Source of the DNA: Escherichia coli
Lineage (GTDB): Bacteria > Pseudomonadota > Gammaproteobacteria > Enterobacterales > Enterobacteriaceae
Assembly (NCBI RefSeq): GCF_001677475.2
Contig: NZ_CP015229.1
Direction: 5' to 3' (one strand)
Length of the DNA: 64,000 nucleotides
Part shown: piece by piece, positions 28,881 to 39,485 of the stretch
Position numbering within the stretch: position 1 is the stretch's first letter
Layout: each line of letters begins with the position of its first letter
Notes under the pieces: generated by a model
Database searches by the model: none
The model's input: the letters and a program-made list of their open reading frames with translations, nothing else
Told to the model about the DNA's origin: nothing
Made by a program: the position numbers and the translations under genes

Positions 28881-30200
28881 ATGATGTCAGGAGAACACAC
28901 GTTAAAAGCGGTACGAGGCAGTTTTATTGATGTCACCCGTACGGTCGATAACCCGGAAGAGATTGCCTCTGTGCTGCGGTTTATTAAGGATGGTTTATTA
29001 CTCATTAAACAGGGAAAAGTGGAATGGTTTGGCGAATGGGAAAACGGAAAGCATCAAATTCCTGACACCATTCGCGTGCGCGACTATCGCGGCAAACTTA
29101 TAGTACCGGGCTTTGTCGATACACATATCCATTATCCGCAAAGTGAAATGGTGGGGGCCTATGGTGAACAATTGCTGGAGTGGTTGAATAAACACACCTT
29201 CCCTACTGAACGTCGTTATGAGGATTTAGAGTACGCCCGCGAAATGTCGGCATTCTTCATCAAGCAGCTTTTACGTAACGGAACCACCACGGCGCTGGTG
29301 TTTGGCACTGTTCATCCGCAATCCGTTGATGCGCTGTTTGAAGTCGCCAGTCATATCAATATGCGTATGATTGCCGGTAAGGTGATGATGGACCGCAACG
29401 CACCGGATTATCTGCTCGACACTGCCGAAAGCAGCTATCACCAAAGCAAAGAGCTGATCGAACGCTGGCACAAAAATGGTCGTCTGTTGTATGCGATTAC
29501 GCCACGCTTCGCCCCTACCTCATCTCCTGAACAGATGGCGATGGCGCAACGCCTGAAAGAAGAATATCCGGATACGTGGGTACATACCCATCTCTGTGAA
29601 AACAAAGATGAAATTGCCTGGGTGAAATCGCTTTATCCTGACCATGATGGTTATCTTGATGTTTACCATCAGTACGGCCTGACCGGTAAAAATTGTGTCT
29701 TTGCTCACTGCGTCCATCTCGAAGAAAAAGAGTGGGATCGTCTCAGCGAAACCAAATCCAGCATTGCTTTCTGTCCGACCTCCAACCTTTACCTCGGCAG
29801 CGGCTTATTCAACTTGAAAAAAGCATGGCAGAAGAAAGTCAAAGTGGGCATGGGAACGGATATCGGTGCCGGAACAACTTTTAACATGCTGCAAACGCTG
29901 AACGAAGCCTACAAGGTATTGCAATTACAAGGCTATCGCCTCTCGGCATATGAAGCGTTTTACCTGGCCACGCTCGGCGGAGCGAAATCTTTGGGCCTTG
30001 ACGATTTGATTGGCAACTTTTTACCTGGCAAAGAGGCTGATTTCGTGGTGATGGAACCCACCGCCACTCCGCTACAGCAGCTGCGCTATGACAACTCTGT
30101 TTCTTTAGTCGACAAATTGTTCGTGATGATGACGTTGGGCGATGACCGTTCGATCTACCGCACCTACGTTGATGGTCGTCTGGTGTACGAACGCAACTAA
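28881..30200 (+). CDS. guaD: guanine deaminase
   Basis: Translation from MMSGEHTLKAVRGSF; amidohydrolase HxH motif (DTHIHYPQ); ribosome-binding site AAAGGAG upstream; the supplied ORF has a 40-codon N-terminal extension that I reject. Confidence 0.9.
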   Translation: MMSGEHTLKAVRGSFIDVTRTVDNPEEIASVLRFIKDGLLLIKQGKVEWFGEWENGKHQIPDTIRVRDYRGKLIVPGFVDTHIHYPQSEMVGAYGEQLLEWLNKHTFPTERRYEDLEYAREMSAFFIKQLLRNGTTTALVFGTVHPQSVDALFEVASHINMRMIAGKVMMDRNAPDYLLDTAESSYHQSKELIERWHKNGRLLYAITPRFAPTSSPEQMAMAQRLKEEYPDTWVHTHLCENKDEIAWVKSLYPDHDGYLDVYHQYGLTGKNCVFAHCVHLEEKEWDRLSETKSSIAFCPTSNLYLGSGLFNLKKAWQKKVKVGMGTDIGAGTTFNMLQTLNEAYKVLQLQGYRLSAYEAFYLATLGGAKSLGLDDLIGNFLPGKEADFVVMEPTATPLQQLRYDNSVSLVDKLFVMMTLGDDRSIYRTYVDGRLVYERN

Positions 30201-30235
30201 TAATAAAACTTTAACATCCTCGTGAGGACATCATT

Positions 30236-31603
30236 ATGTCTGGAGACATCCTACAAACACCGGACGCACCAAAGCCACAGGGCGCGCTGGATAATTATTT
30301 TAAAATTACCGCTCGTGGCAGTACCGTTCGTCAGGAAGTACTGGCTGGCTTAACGACCTTTCTGGCCATGGTTTATTCCGTTATCGTCGTTCCGGGAATG
30401 CTGGGCAAAGCAGGTTTTCCTCCCGCAGCTGTGTTTGTTGCCACCTGTCTGGTCGCGGGCTTCGGCTCGTTGCTGATGGGATTATGGGCCAATTTGCCAA
30501 TGGCGATTGGTTGCGCGATTTCCTTGACGGCGTTTACCGCATTCAGTCTGGTTCTCGGGCAACAAATTAGCGTTCCTGTCGCACTGGGCGCGGTCTTTCT
30601 GATGGGCGTCATCTTCACCGCCATTTCCGTAACCGGTGTGCGTACCTGGATCTTACGTAATTTACCGATGGGGATAGCTCACGGTACAGGTATCGGTATC
30701 GGCCTGTTTCTGCTGCTGATTGCTGCTAACGGTGTGGGAATGGTTATCAAAAACCCGATTGAAGGCTTGCCAGTGGCGCTCGGTGCGTTTACCTCCTTCC
30801 CAGTGATGATGAGCTTGCTGGGGCTGGCGGTCATCTTCGGTCTGGAAAAGTGCCGCGTACCCGGCGGGATCTTGTTGGTGATTATTGCCATCTCGATCAT
30901 CGGCTTAATCTTTGATCCAGCGGTGAAATACCACGGTCTGGTGGCGATGCCAAGCCTGACTGGCGAAGATGGTAAATCTCTGATTTTCAGCCTCGATATT
31001 ATGGGCGCACTCCAGCCAACTGTACTTCCGAGTGTACTGGCATTGGTGATGACCGCAGTGTTCGACGCCACTGGTACCATCCGTGCCGTCGCCGGTCAGG
31101 CGAATTTGTTGGATAAAGACAACCAGATCATCAACGGCGGCAAAGCCCTGACCAGTGACTCAGTAAGTTCAATATTCTCCGGCCTGGTGGGCGCAGCGCC
31201 CGCAGCGGTTTATATCGAATCAGCGGCAGGAACCGCCGCCGGGGGTAAAACAGGGTTAACCGCAACCGTAGTGGGGGTGTTATTCCTGCTGATTCTGTTC
31301 TTATCACCGCTGTCATTTTTGATCCCTGGTTACGCCACTGCACCCGCTCTGATGTACGTAGGTTTGCTGATGTTAAGTAACGTCTCGAAGCTGGATTTCA
31401 ATGATTTTATTGACGCTATGGCTGGCCTGGTGTGTGCCGTGTTCATCGTTCTGACTTGTAATATCGTTACCGGTATTATGCTGGGCTTTGTGACACTGGT
31501 CGTAGGCCGCGTCTTTGCACGCGAATGGCAAAAGCTGAATATTGGTACGGTGATCATTACTGCCGCACTGGTCGCATTTTACGCGGGTGGTTGGGCAATC
31601 TAA
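30236..31603 (+). CDS. ghxQ: guanine/hypoxanthine permease (NCS2 family)
   Basis: 455 aa multi-pass membrane protein. Confidence 0.88.
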   Translation: MSGDILQTPDAPKPQGALDNYFKITARGSTVRQEVLAGLTTFLAMVYSVIVVPGMLGKAGFPPAAVFVATCLVAGFGSLLMGLWANLPMAIGCAISLTAFTAFSLVLGQQISVPVALGAVFLMGVIFTAISVTGVRTWILRNLPMGIAHGTGIGIGLFLLLIAANGVGMVIKNPIEGLPVALGAFTSFPVMMSLLGLAVIFGLEKCRVPGGILLVIIAISIIGLIFDPAVKYHGLVAMPSLTGEDGKSLIFSLDIMGALQPTVLPSVLALVMTAVFDATGTIRAVAGQANLLDKDNQIINGGKALTSDSVSSIFSGLVGAAPAAVYIESAAGTAAGGKTGLTATVVGVLFLLILFLSPLSFLIPGYATAPALMYVGLLMLSNVSKLDFNDFIDAMAGLVCAVFIVLTCNIVTGIMLGFVTLVVGRVFAREWQKLNIGTVIITAALVAFYAGGWAI

Positions 31604-31608
31604 TAGAT

Positions 31609-31640
31609 TCTCCGCGCCTTTCAGCGCGGAGATTTCTTTC
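31609..31640. terminator. bidirectional terminator TCTCCGCGC-ctttca-GCGCGGAGA with T-run, between ghxQ and ygfS
   Basis: 9-bp perfect stem read directly. Confidence 0.65.
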
Positions 31641-32130
31641 ACAGAGGATTCTCACCGCTGGCAACAATACGCTGCTGGCGGACTCGCCTGAGTTCTCTTT
31701 CAGTAAGCAACTGCAGCGCCTGTGTTGGGCAAGATTCAACGCAGGCTGGCCCCTCTTCCCGCTGTTCACAGAGATCGCATTTCACGATTTGTTGCCGGGT
31801 ATCCCCCGGCAACGACTGAATGGTGATCATTCCAAACGGGCACGCACTGACGCAACTCTGACAGCCAATACAACGGGCAGAATTGGTCTGCACCACCTGC
31901 TCGCCCATCGTCAGCGCCCCCACGGGGCAAGCGCCAACACAAGGGGCGTTTTCACACTGATGGCACATCACCGGCGCACTGATGCTGTCCAGTCGCTGTA
32001 CCTTCAGCCGGGGTAAAAAGACATCGGCATTCAACTCCTGTTCTGAAGGGTGAGCGACCACACAGGCTACTTCACAAGTACGGCAGCCAATACAGTCAGC
32101 CGGATTAACGATAACTAACGATTTCATCAC
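31639..32130 (-). CDS. ygfS: 4Fe-4S ferredoxin-type protein
   Basis: 163 aa with multiple CxxCxxCxxxCP motifs. Confidence 0.88.
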   Translation of the reverse strand: MMKSLVIVNPADCIGCRTCEVACVVAHPSEQELNADVFLPRLKVQRLDSISAPVMCHQCENAPCVGACPVGALTMGEQVVQTNSARCIGCQSCVSACPFGMITIQSLPGDTRQQIVKCDLCEQREEGPACVESCPTQALQLLTERELRRVRQQRIVASGENPL

Positions 32131-34046
32131 GATGCCTTCGTATCAAACAGAGTTAACATATCGCGCGCCGCCTGCCTTCCTGCGGCCATTGCAGTGACAA
32201 CCAGATCCGCGCCATGAACTGCATCACCACCAGCAAAGACTTTTTTCAGATGCGTCTGGGTAGGTAAATACCCGACGTCACCGGTTTGAATCAGGCCCCA
32301 TTTATCGAGTTTAATTCCGCTGCCCTGCAACCACGGCATGGCATGCGCCTGGAAACCAAAGGCCATAATGAGAACATCGGCGGGCAATTCAAACTCTGAA
32401 CCCGCTACCGGACGAGGACGACGGCGACCATCCGGCCCCGGCTCACCCATGGCGGTACGAATCAGGCCCACCGCAGTTAAACGCCCATCTTCGTCACAAG
32501 CGATATATTGCGGCTGAACATTGAACTGAAACTCGACACCTTCCTCGCGCGCATTGACCACCTCTTTGCGCGAGCCCGGCATACTGACTTCATCACGACG
32601 ATACGCGCAGGTCACGCTGGCGGCATTGAGGCGGATGGAAGTCCGCAAACAATCCATGGTCGTATCGCCACCGCCCAATACCACGACTCGCTTACCTTCC
32701 ACATCCGTCAGCGGATACTCTTCAGACTCCGGCAACCCCATGAGCTGGCGGGTATGGGCAGTCAGGAATGGTAGAGCCTGAATGACACCGGGCGCATCTT
32801 CATGCGGCAGATCTGCTCGCATCATCCCGTAAGTCCCCACGCCGATGAAAACTGCATCATATTCAGAAGTTAAATCGCTAAAGGCAATATCGCGGCCAAT
32901 TTCACAGTTAAGATGAAAGTCGATTCCCATTGCGGTGAATATCTCTCGCCGCTGGCTTAATACCGTTTTATCGAGTTTGAAAGGAGGTATGCCAAAAGTC
33001 AGCATACCGCCAATTTCTGGATGGCGATCAAAGACATCAACCTGAACTCCTGCGCGCGCCAAAATATCAGCACACCCTAACCCTGCAGGCCCTGCGCCAA
33101 TCACCGCCACTTTTTCGATACGGGGAACAACTTTGCTGACATCGGGACGCCAGCCCATCGCCAGCGCGGTATCGGTAATGTAGCGTTCCAGATTCCCGAT
33201 AGAGACTGCGCCAGAGTGATCTTTCAAAGTACATGCGCCTTCACAAAGACGGTCCTGTGGACATACCCTGCCGCAGATTTCTGGCAAGGAACTGGTCTGG
33301 TGGCAAAGTTCTGCCGCTTCAATAATCTTTCCTTCCTGCACCAGACGGATGTAATCCGGAATAGCGTTATGCAGCGGGCAATGCCAGTTGCAGTTAGCTT
33401 TTTCGGCGCAATAAACACAGCGGTCACTCTCATAAGTCGCTTGTTGTGGATCCAGCCCGTAATAGATTTCGCCAAAGTGGGTTTTCCGTTCACTCGCTGA
33501 AATTTTATCTGCGCCTTTACGCGAGTTAACGGGGAGCAACGCTGCACTGCGAGATGGCTGAGCGTCTGATGACGCTTTTCCTGCTGCCGTTTTGCGCTGG
33601 CGGACCACCTTTATCTGTTGCAACCCTTTATCGTCCATCAGCCGTAACGCCTGTGTTGGGCAGACTTCAATACAGGCTTGCGTGCCGGAACTACGCTGGT
33701 TACAAAGGTCGCATTTCTGCGCAATCGTATCGACCATCTCAACGACGCCAAAGGGGCAAGCGATTGCGCATCTTTTACAACCAATACATTTTTGCTCGTC
33801 CAGTTGTACGCTATCGGGCTGGAAAGTCAGAGCATTAACCGGACAAGCCGTAACGCAAGGGGCATTGTTGCAGTGATGGCAGGCCACCGGATTCGCAGCC
33901 TGGCCTTTCCCTACAACGTGGATACGCGGTCGAAAGTCACTGTGACTCAGCGGCCAGTTTTCTTGATTATGTGCCATCGCACAGGCAATTTCACAAGCAT
34001 GACAGCCTATACATTCCGCAGCTTCAGCAGCGATAAACTTATTCAT
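32127..34046 (-). CDS. ygfT: fused 4Fe-4S / FAD-NAD(P) pyridine nucleotide-disulfide oxidoreductase
   Basis: Translation from [23 protein letters not shown]; Rossmann motif [12 protein letters not shown]; supplied ORF extends 5 codons upstream; stop overlaps the ygfS start. Confidence 0.88.
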   Translation of the reverse strand: MNKFIAAEAAECIGCHACEIACAMAHNQENWPLSHSDFRPRIHVVGKGQAANPVACHHCNNAPCVTACPVNALTFQPDSVQLDEQKCIGCKRCAIACPFGVVEMVDTIAQKCDLCNQRSSGTQACIEVCPTQALRLMDDKGLQQIKVVRQRKTAAGKASSDAQPSRSAALLPVNSRKGADKISASERKTHFGEIYYGLDPQQATYESDRCVYCAEKANCNWHCPLHNAIPDYIRLVQEGKIIEAAELCHQTSSLPEICGRVCPQDRLCEGACTLKDHSGAVSIGNLERYITDTALAMGWRPDVSKVVPRIEKVAVIGAGPAGLGCADILARAGVQVDVFDRHPEIGGMLTFGIPPFKLDKTVLSQRREIFTAMGIDFHLNCEIGRDIAFSDLTSEYDAVFIGVGTYGMMRADLPHEDAPGVIQALPFLTAHTRQLMGLPESEEYPLTDVEGKRVVVLGGGDTTMDCLRTSIRLNAASVTCAYRRDEVSMPGSRKEVVNAREEGVEFQFNVQPQYIACDEDGRLTAVGLIRTAMGEPGPDGRRRPRPVAGSEFELPADVLIMAFGFQAHAMPWLQGSGIKLDKWGLIQTGDVGYLPTQTHLKKVFAGGDAVHGADLVVTAMAAGRQAARDMLTLFDTKAS

Positions 34047-34397
34047 TTGCATCCCTTTCATTTAATGAGTTATGTCTTCTCAAATTTCGCGATGCAATAA
34101 ATGGGCATATATTAGGTAGCATGGCCGATTTAATTATAATTTTGCGACTGAGTTCAAATTATTGCCCCTCAATCTGTGCCGCTTTCATTATTTCAACATT
34201 GCCGACCAAAAGAGAGCTAACCAGATAAAAACGATTAAATACGAGAGTGCGACATGCCAGAATGATTAATGAAATATCAATATGAGAAAATTACAGATAA
34301 TTCCATTGTCAGGTTCTCTTCTCATTTTCGTGGTTTAACCACGATTATGTGATTGCCTCCGCAATTCCTGTCTCTAACTCCCCTTCCTCGCAAAAAC

Positions 34398-34413
34398 TGG
34401 CACTCCACGAGCA
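34398..34413 (+). promoter_or_regulatory. candidate sigma54 promoter upstream of uacT: TGGCACtccacgaGCA
   Basis: TGGCAC at -24 and GC at -12 with canonical spacing, about 69 nt upstream of uacT. Confidence 0.35.
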
Positions 34414-34481
34414 TGTGTTTAGACAGTTTCATTAACGTAAACGGTTGCTTTTTACTCTGGCGAGCGAAAGGAGAAACACTG

Positions 34482-35930
34482 ATGAGCGCCATAGATTCCC
34501 AACTTCCCTCATCTTCAGGGCAAGATCGCCCAACTGATGAGGTTGACCGCATATTATCACCAGGAAAGCTGATCATACTCGGTCTGCAACACGTCCTTGT
34601 CATGTACGCAGGTGCAGTCGCTGTTCCTCTTATGATTGGTGACCGACTGGGCCTCTCAAAAGAAGCTATTGCGATGCTCATTAGCTCGGATCTCTTTTGC
34701 TGCGGGATCGTCACATTATTGCAATGTATCGGTATCGGCCGCTTTATGGGGATCCGCCTGCCGGTGATTATGTCGGTGACCTTCGCCGCTGTAACACCAA
34801 TGATAGCCATTGGGATGAACCCGGATATCGGCCTGCTGGGGATATTCGGTGCCACTATCGCCGCGGGTTTTATCACCACATTATTAGCGCCACTTATCGG
34901 TCGCTTGATGCCTTTATTCCCGCCACTGGTTACCGGTGTGGTTATTACTTCTATCGGACTTAGCATCATTCAGGTGGGTATTGACTGGGCCGCAGGAGGT
35001 AAAGGGAATCCGCAATATGGTAATCCTGTTTATTTAGGTATCTCCTTTGCTGTCTTAATTTTTATCTTGCTCATTACTCGCTATGCGAAAGGATTTATGT
35101 CCAACGTCGCCGTATTACTGGGGATTGTATTTGGCTTTTTACTTTCGTGGATGATGAATGAAGTCAATTTATCCGGGCTACATGATGCTTCATGGTTTGC
35201 GATTGTCACGCCGATGTCATTTGGTATGCCGATTTTCGATCCCGTTTCCATTCTGACCATGACTGCCGTGTTAATCATCGTGTTTATCGAGTCGATGGGG
35301 ATGTTCCTGGCACTGGGTGAAATAGTCGGTCGTAAACTCTCTTCACACGATATTATTCGCGGGTTGCGTGTCGATGGCGTAGGGACAATGATAGGCGGAA
35401 CGTTTAACAGCTTCCCCCACACGTCATTTTCTCAAAACGTTGGCCTGGTTAGCGTGACGCGCGTTCATAGCCGCTGGGTGTGTATTTCTTCGGGAATTAT
35501 ATTAATCCTGTTTGGCATGGTGCCAAAAATGGCGGTGCTGGTCGCCTCCATTCCGCAATTTGTGCTGGGCGGTGCTGGGCTGGTGATGTTCGGCATGGTA
35601 CTGGCGACAGGGATTCGAATTCTGTCGCGCTGTAACTACACCACCAACCGTTACAACCTCTATATTGTGGCGATCAGTCTCGGCGTTGGCATGACTCCGA
35701 CGCTCTCTCACGATTTCTTTTCTAAGTTACCGGCCGTACTGCAACCGTTGCTGCATAGCGGCATTATGCTCGCAACCCTTAGCGCCGTTGTGCTGAACGT
35801 CTTCTTTAATGGCTATCAGCATCATGCTGATCTGGTGAAGGAATCCGTCTCTGATAAAGATTTAAAAGTCAGGACAGTACGTATGTGGCTTCTGATGCGC
35901 AAGCTGAAGAAAAATGAGCATGGAGAATAA
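34482..35930 (+). CDS. uacT: uric acid permease (NCS2/NAT family)
   Basis: Translation from MSAIDSQLPSSSGQDRPTDE; supplied ORF has a 43-codon extension; multi-pass membrane protein. Confidence 0.88.
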   Translation: MSAIDSQLPSSSGQDRPTDEVDRILSPGKLIILGLQHVLVMYAGAVAVPLMIGDRLGLSKEAIAMLISSDLFCCGIVTLLQCIGIGRFMGIRLPVIMSVTFAAVTPMIAIGMNPDIGLLGIFGATIAAGFITTLLAPLIGRLMPLFPPLVTGVVITSIGLSIIQVGIDWAAGGKGNPQYGNPVYLGISFAVLIFILLITRYAKGFMSNVAVLLGIVFGFLLSWMMNEVNLSGLHDASWFAIVTPMSFGMPIFDPVSILTMTAVLIIVFIESMGMFLALGEIVGRKLSSHDIIRGLRVDGVGTMIGGTFNSFPHTSFSQNVGLVSVTRVHSRWVCISSGIILILFGMVPKMAVLVASIPQFVLGGAGLVMFGMVLATGIRILSRCNYTTNRYNLYIVAISLGVGMTPTLSHDFFSKLPAVLQPLLHSGIMLATLSAVVLNVFFNGYQHHADLVKESVSDKDLKVRTVRMWLLMRKLKKNEHGE

Positions 35931-36178
35931 TATGAATCTTTTAATGCGCGCTATATTCAGTCTGTTGTTGCTTTTTACTCTCTCTATTCCTGTCATTTCT
36001 GACTGTGTTGCAATGGCCATTGAAAGTCGCTTCAAATATATGATGCTGCTTTTTTAAATGGTTTTACCTGTCGACATCCGCTCAAAACGGGCGGTTGTCG
36101 ATAAACGCTCACTTGGTTAATCATTTCACTCTTCAATTATCTATAATGATGAGTGATCAGAATTACATGTGAGAAATT

Positions 36179-36727
36179 ATGCAAACGGAACACGTCATTT
36201 TATTGAATGCACAGGGAGTTCCCACGGGTACGCTGGAAAAGTATGCCGCACACACGGCAGACACTCTCTTACATCTCGCGTTCTCCAGTTGGCTGTTTAA
36301 TGCCAAAGGACAATTATTAGTTACCCGCCGCGCTCTGAGCAAAAAAGCATGGCCTGGCGTGTGGACTAACTCGGTTTGTGGGCACCCACAACTGGGAGAA
36401 AGCAACGAAGACGCGGTGATCCGCCGTTGCCGTTATGAGCTTGGCGTGGAAATTACGCCTCCTGAATCTATCTATCCTGACTTTCGCTATCGCGCCACCG
36501 ATCCGAATGGCATTGTGGAAAATGAAGTGTGTCCGGTATTTGCCGCACGCACGACCAGTGCATTACAGATCAACGATGATGAAGTGATGGATTATCAATG
36601 GTGTGATTTAGCAGATGTATTACACGGTATTGATGCCACACCGTGGGCGTTCAGTCCGTGGATGGTGATGCAGGCAGCCAATAGTGAAGCAAGAAAATTG
36701 TTGTCTGCTTTCGCGCAGCACAATTAA
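36179..36727 (+). CDS. idi: isopentenyl-diphosphate delta-isomerase (Nudix fold)
   Basis: 182 aa, [22 protein letters not shown]. Confidence 0.92.
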   Translation: MQTEHVILLNAQGVPTGTLEKYAAHTADTLLHLAFSSWLFNAKGQLLVTRRALSKKAWPGVWTNSVCGHPQLGESNEDAVIRRCRYELGVEITPPESIYPDFRYRATDPNGIVENEVCPVFAARTTSALQINDDEVMDYQWCDLADVLHGIDATPWAFSPWMVMQAANSEARKLLSAFAQHN

Positions 36728-36769
36728 AAAACCCCGACATTTGCCGGGGTTGTGAGCATAACGTAATGC

Positions 36770-38287
36770 TTATTTTACCGGACGCATCGCCGGGAACAGA
36801 ATAACGTCGCGGATGGTATGGCTGTTGGTGAACAGCATTACCATACGGTCGATACCAATTCCCAGACCTGCTGTCGGCGGTAAGCCGTGTTCCAGTGCGG
36901 TGACATAATCTTCGTCGTAGAACATCGCTTCGTCGTCACCTGCATCTTTCGCGGCAACCTGATCCAGGAAGCGCTGCGCCTGATCTTCCGCGTCATTCAG
37001 CTCGCTAAAGCCGTTACCGATTTCACGACCACCGATAAAGAACTCAAAGCGGTCTGTGATTTCCGGGTTAACGTCGTTACGACGCGCCAGCGGAGAAACT
37101 TCTGCCGGATATTCAGTAATGAAGGTCGGCTGGATCAGATGTGCTTCTGCCACTTCTTCGAAGATCTCGGTAACGATACGGCCCAGACCCCAGCTCTTCT
37201 CAACGTGGATGCCGATAGATTCAGCAATCGCTTTCGCAGAGTCGAAGTTGTCCAGATCTGCCATGTCGGTTTCCGGGCGATATTTCTTGATCGCTTCACG
37301 CATGGTCAGTTTTTCGAACGGTTTACCGAAGTCCAGCGTTACGTCGCCGTAGGTCACTTCCGTCTTACCGAGAATATCCTGTGCCAGAGTACGGAACAGC
37401 GATTCGGTCAGCTCGATCAGATCTTTGTAATCTGCGTAAGCCATATAGAGTTCCATCATGGTGAACTCTGGGTTATGACGTACGGAAATACCTTCGTTAC
37501 GGAAGTTACGGTTGATTTCGAATACACGCTCGAAGCCACCGACCACCAGACGCTTGAGGTACAGTTCCGGCGCGATACGCAGGTACATGTCGAGATCCAG
37601 CGCATTATGGTGGGTGATGAACGGACGCGCAGCCGCACCGCCTGGGATCACCTGCATCATCGGCGTTTCAACTTCCATAAAGCCGCGATTCACCATGAAC
37701 TGGCGAATGCCAGAGAGGATCTGCGAGCGCACTTTAAAGGTGTTGCGGGATTCATCGTTAGAGATGAGATCCAGATAACGCTGACGATAGCGCGCTTCCT
37801 GGTCCTGCAAGCCGTGGAATTTGTCCGGCAGCGGACGCAGTGCTTTGGTCAGCAGACGCAGCTCGGTGCAGTGGATAGACAGTTCGCCAGTTTTGGTTTT
37901 GAACAGTTTACCTTTCGCGCCGAGGATGTCGCCGAGGTCCCATTTTTTGAACTGCTCGTTGTAAACGCCTTCCGGCAGATCGTCACGGGCAACGTACAGC
38001 TGAATGCGGCCCCCCACGTCCTGCAGGGTAACGAAAGACGCTTTACCCATAATACGACGGGTCATCATGCGGCCGGCAACGGCGACTTCGATGTTCAGCG
38101 CTTCCAGTTCTTCGTTCTCTTTACCGTCGAATTCTGCGTGCAATTGGTCAGAGGTATGATCGCGACGGAAATCGTTCGGGAAGGCAATCCCCTGCTCGCG
38201 CAGGTTCGCCAGCTTCTCACGACGCGTTTTCAGTTCATTGTTAAGATCGACTACCGCGTCAGCGCCCTGTGCGTGTTGTTCAGACAT
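36770..38287 (-). CDS. lysS: lysine--tRNA ligase (constitutive)
   Basis: 505 aa class II aminoacyl-tRNA synthetase; N-terminus [26 protein letters not shown]. Confidence 0.93.
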
Positions 38288-38296
38288 GTTGGTTCC

Positions 38297-39395
38297 TCAT
38301 AACCCTGCTTTCAAACTTGCTTCGATAAATTGATCCAGGCTGCCGTCCAGCACGGCCTGCGTGTTACGGGTTTCTACCCCGGTACGCAGATCTTTAATGC
38401 GGGAGTCATCAAGGACATAAGAACGAATCTGGCTGCCCCAGCCGATGTCGGATTTGTTATCTTCCATCGCCTGCTTCTCGGCATTTTTCTTCTGCATCTC
38501 CAGTTCATAAAGCTTCGCTTTCATCTGCTTCATGGCCTGGTCTTTGTTCTTGTGCTGGGAACGGTCGTTCTGGCACTGGGTCACGATCCCAGTTGGGATG
38601 TGAGTAATACGCACCGCAGATTCGGTACGGTTAACGTGCTGACCGCCCGCGCCGGACGCGCGATAAACGTCAATGCGCAGATCCGCCGGGTTGATTTCGA
38701 TATCAATATCATCATCAACTTCCGGGTAAACAAACGCAGAGCTGAACGACGTGTGGCGACGACCGCCGGAGTCAAACGGGCTCTTACGCACCAGGCGGTG
38801 AACGCCAGTTTCTGTACGCAGCCAGCCGTAAGCGTAATCGCCGGAGATTTTGATCGTCACGGATTTAATACCCGCCACTTCACCTTCCGACTCTTCGATG
38901 ATTTCAGTTTTGAAACCACGCGATTCTGCCCAGCGCAGATACATACGCTCAAGCATGCTCGCCCAGTCCTGTGCTTCCGTACCGCCAGACCCCGCCTGAA
39001 TATCGAGGTAGCAGTCGGCGCTGTCATATTCGCCAGAGAACATACGGCGGAACTCAAGCTGCGCCAGTTTTTCTTCCAGGGCGTCGAGTTCAGCAACGGC
39101 TTCGTTAAAGGTTTCTTCGTCGTCAGCTTCTACAGCCAGTTCCAGCAGACCAGAAACATCTTCCAGCCCCTGTTTCATTTGGTCGAGGGTGTCGACAACG
39201 GCTTCGAGGGAGGAACGCTCTTTACCCAGCGCCTGTGCGCGTTCGGGTTCGTTCCAGACATCCGGCTGTTCCAGCTCGGCGTTTACTTCTTCCAGACGCT
39301 CTTTCTTGGCGTCGTAGTCAAAGATACCCCCTAAGAACGTCGGAGCGTTCCGTGAGGTCCTGAATGCGATTATTTACCGGATTAATTTCAAACAT
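38297..39395 (-). CDS. prfB: peptide chain release factor 2, expressed through a programmed +1 frameshift
   Basis: Minus-strand ATG at 39395 opens a 25-codon frame ending CTT TGA C (39317-39323), preceded by the internal Shine-Dalgarno AGGGGG; the +1 frame then continues to the stop at 38297 and includes the GGQ motif (SGAGGQHVN). Confidence 0.93.
39317..39331 (-). other. prfB: prfB programmed +1 frameshift site: AGGGGGTAT CTT TGA C
   Basis: Read directly on the minus strand. Confidence 0.9.
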
Positions 39396-39485
39396 GGTCT
39401 GATTTCTTTTATTGAGCTAGTCAAAATGCGGTGATAAGAGCGGGATTGTACCCAATCCACGCTCTTTTTTATAGAGAAGATGACG

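Noticed and set aside
36887-38302. 471-aa plus-strand ORF antisense to lysS, and similar long antisense ORFs (38330-39334 opposite prfB; 49780-51117 opposite gcvP; 21419-22144 opposite ygfK; 12002-12658 opposite ygeY; 56737-57441 opposite pepP)
   Set aside because: Each lies entirely inside a confidently recognised gene on the other strand, its translation is low-complexity or repetitive, and it has no plausible ribosome-binding site. These are shadow ORFs typical of GC-rich coding DNA.
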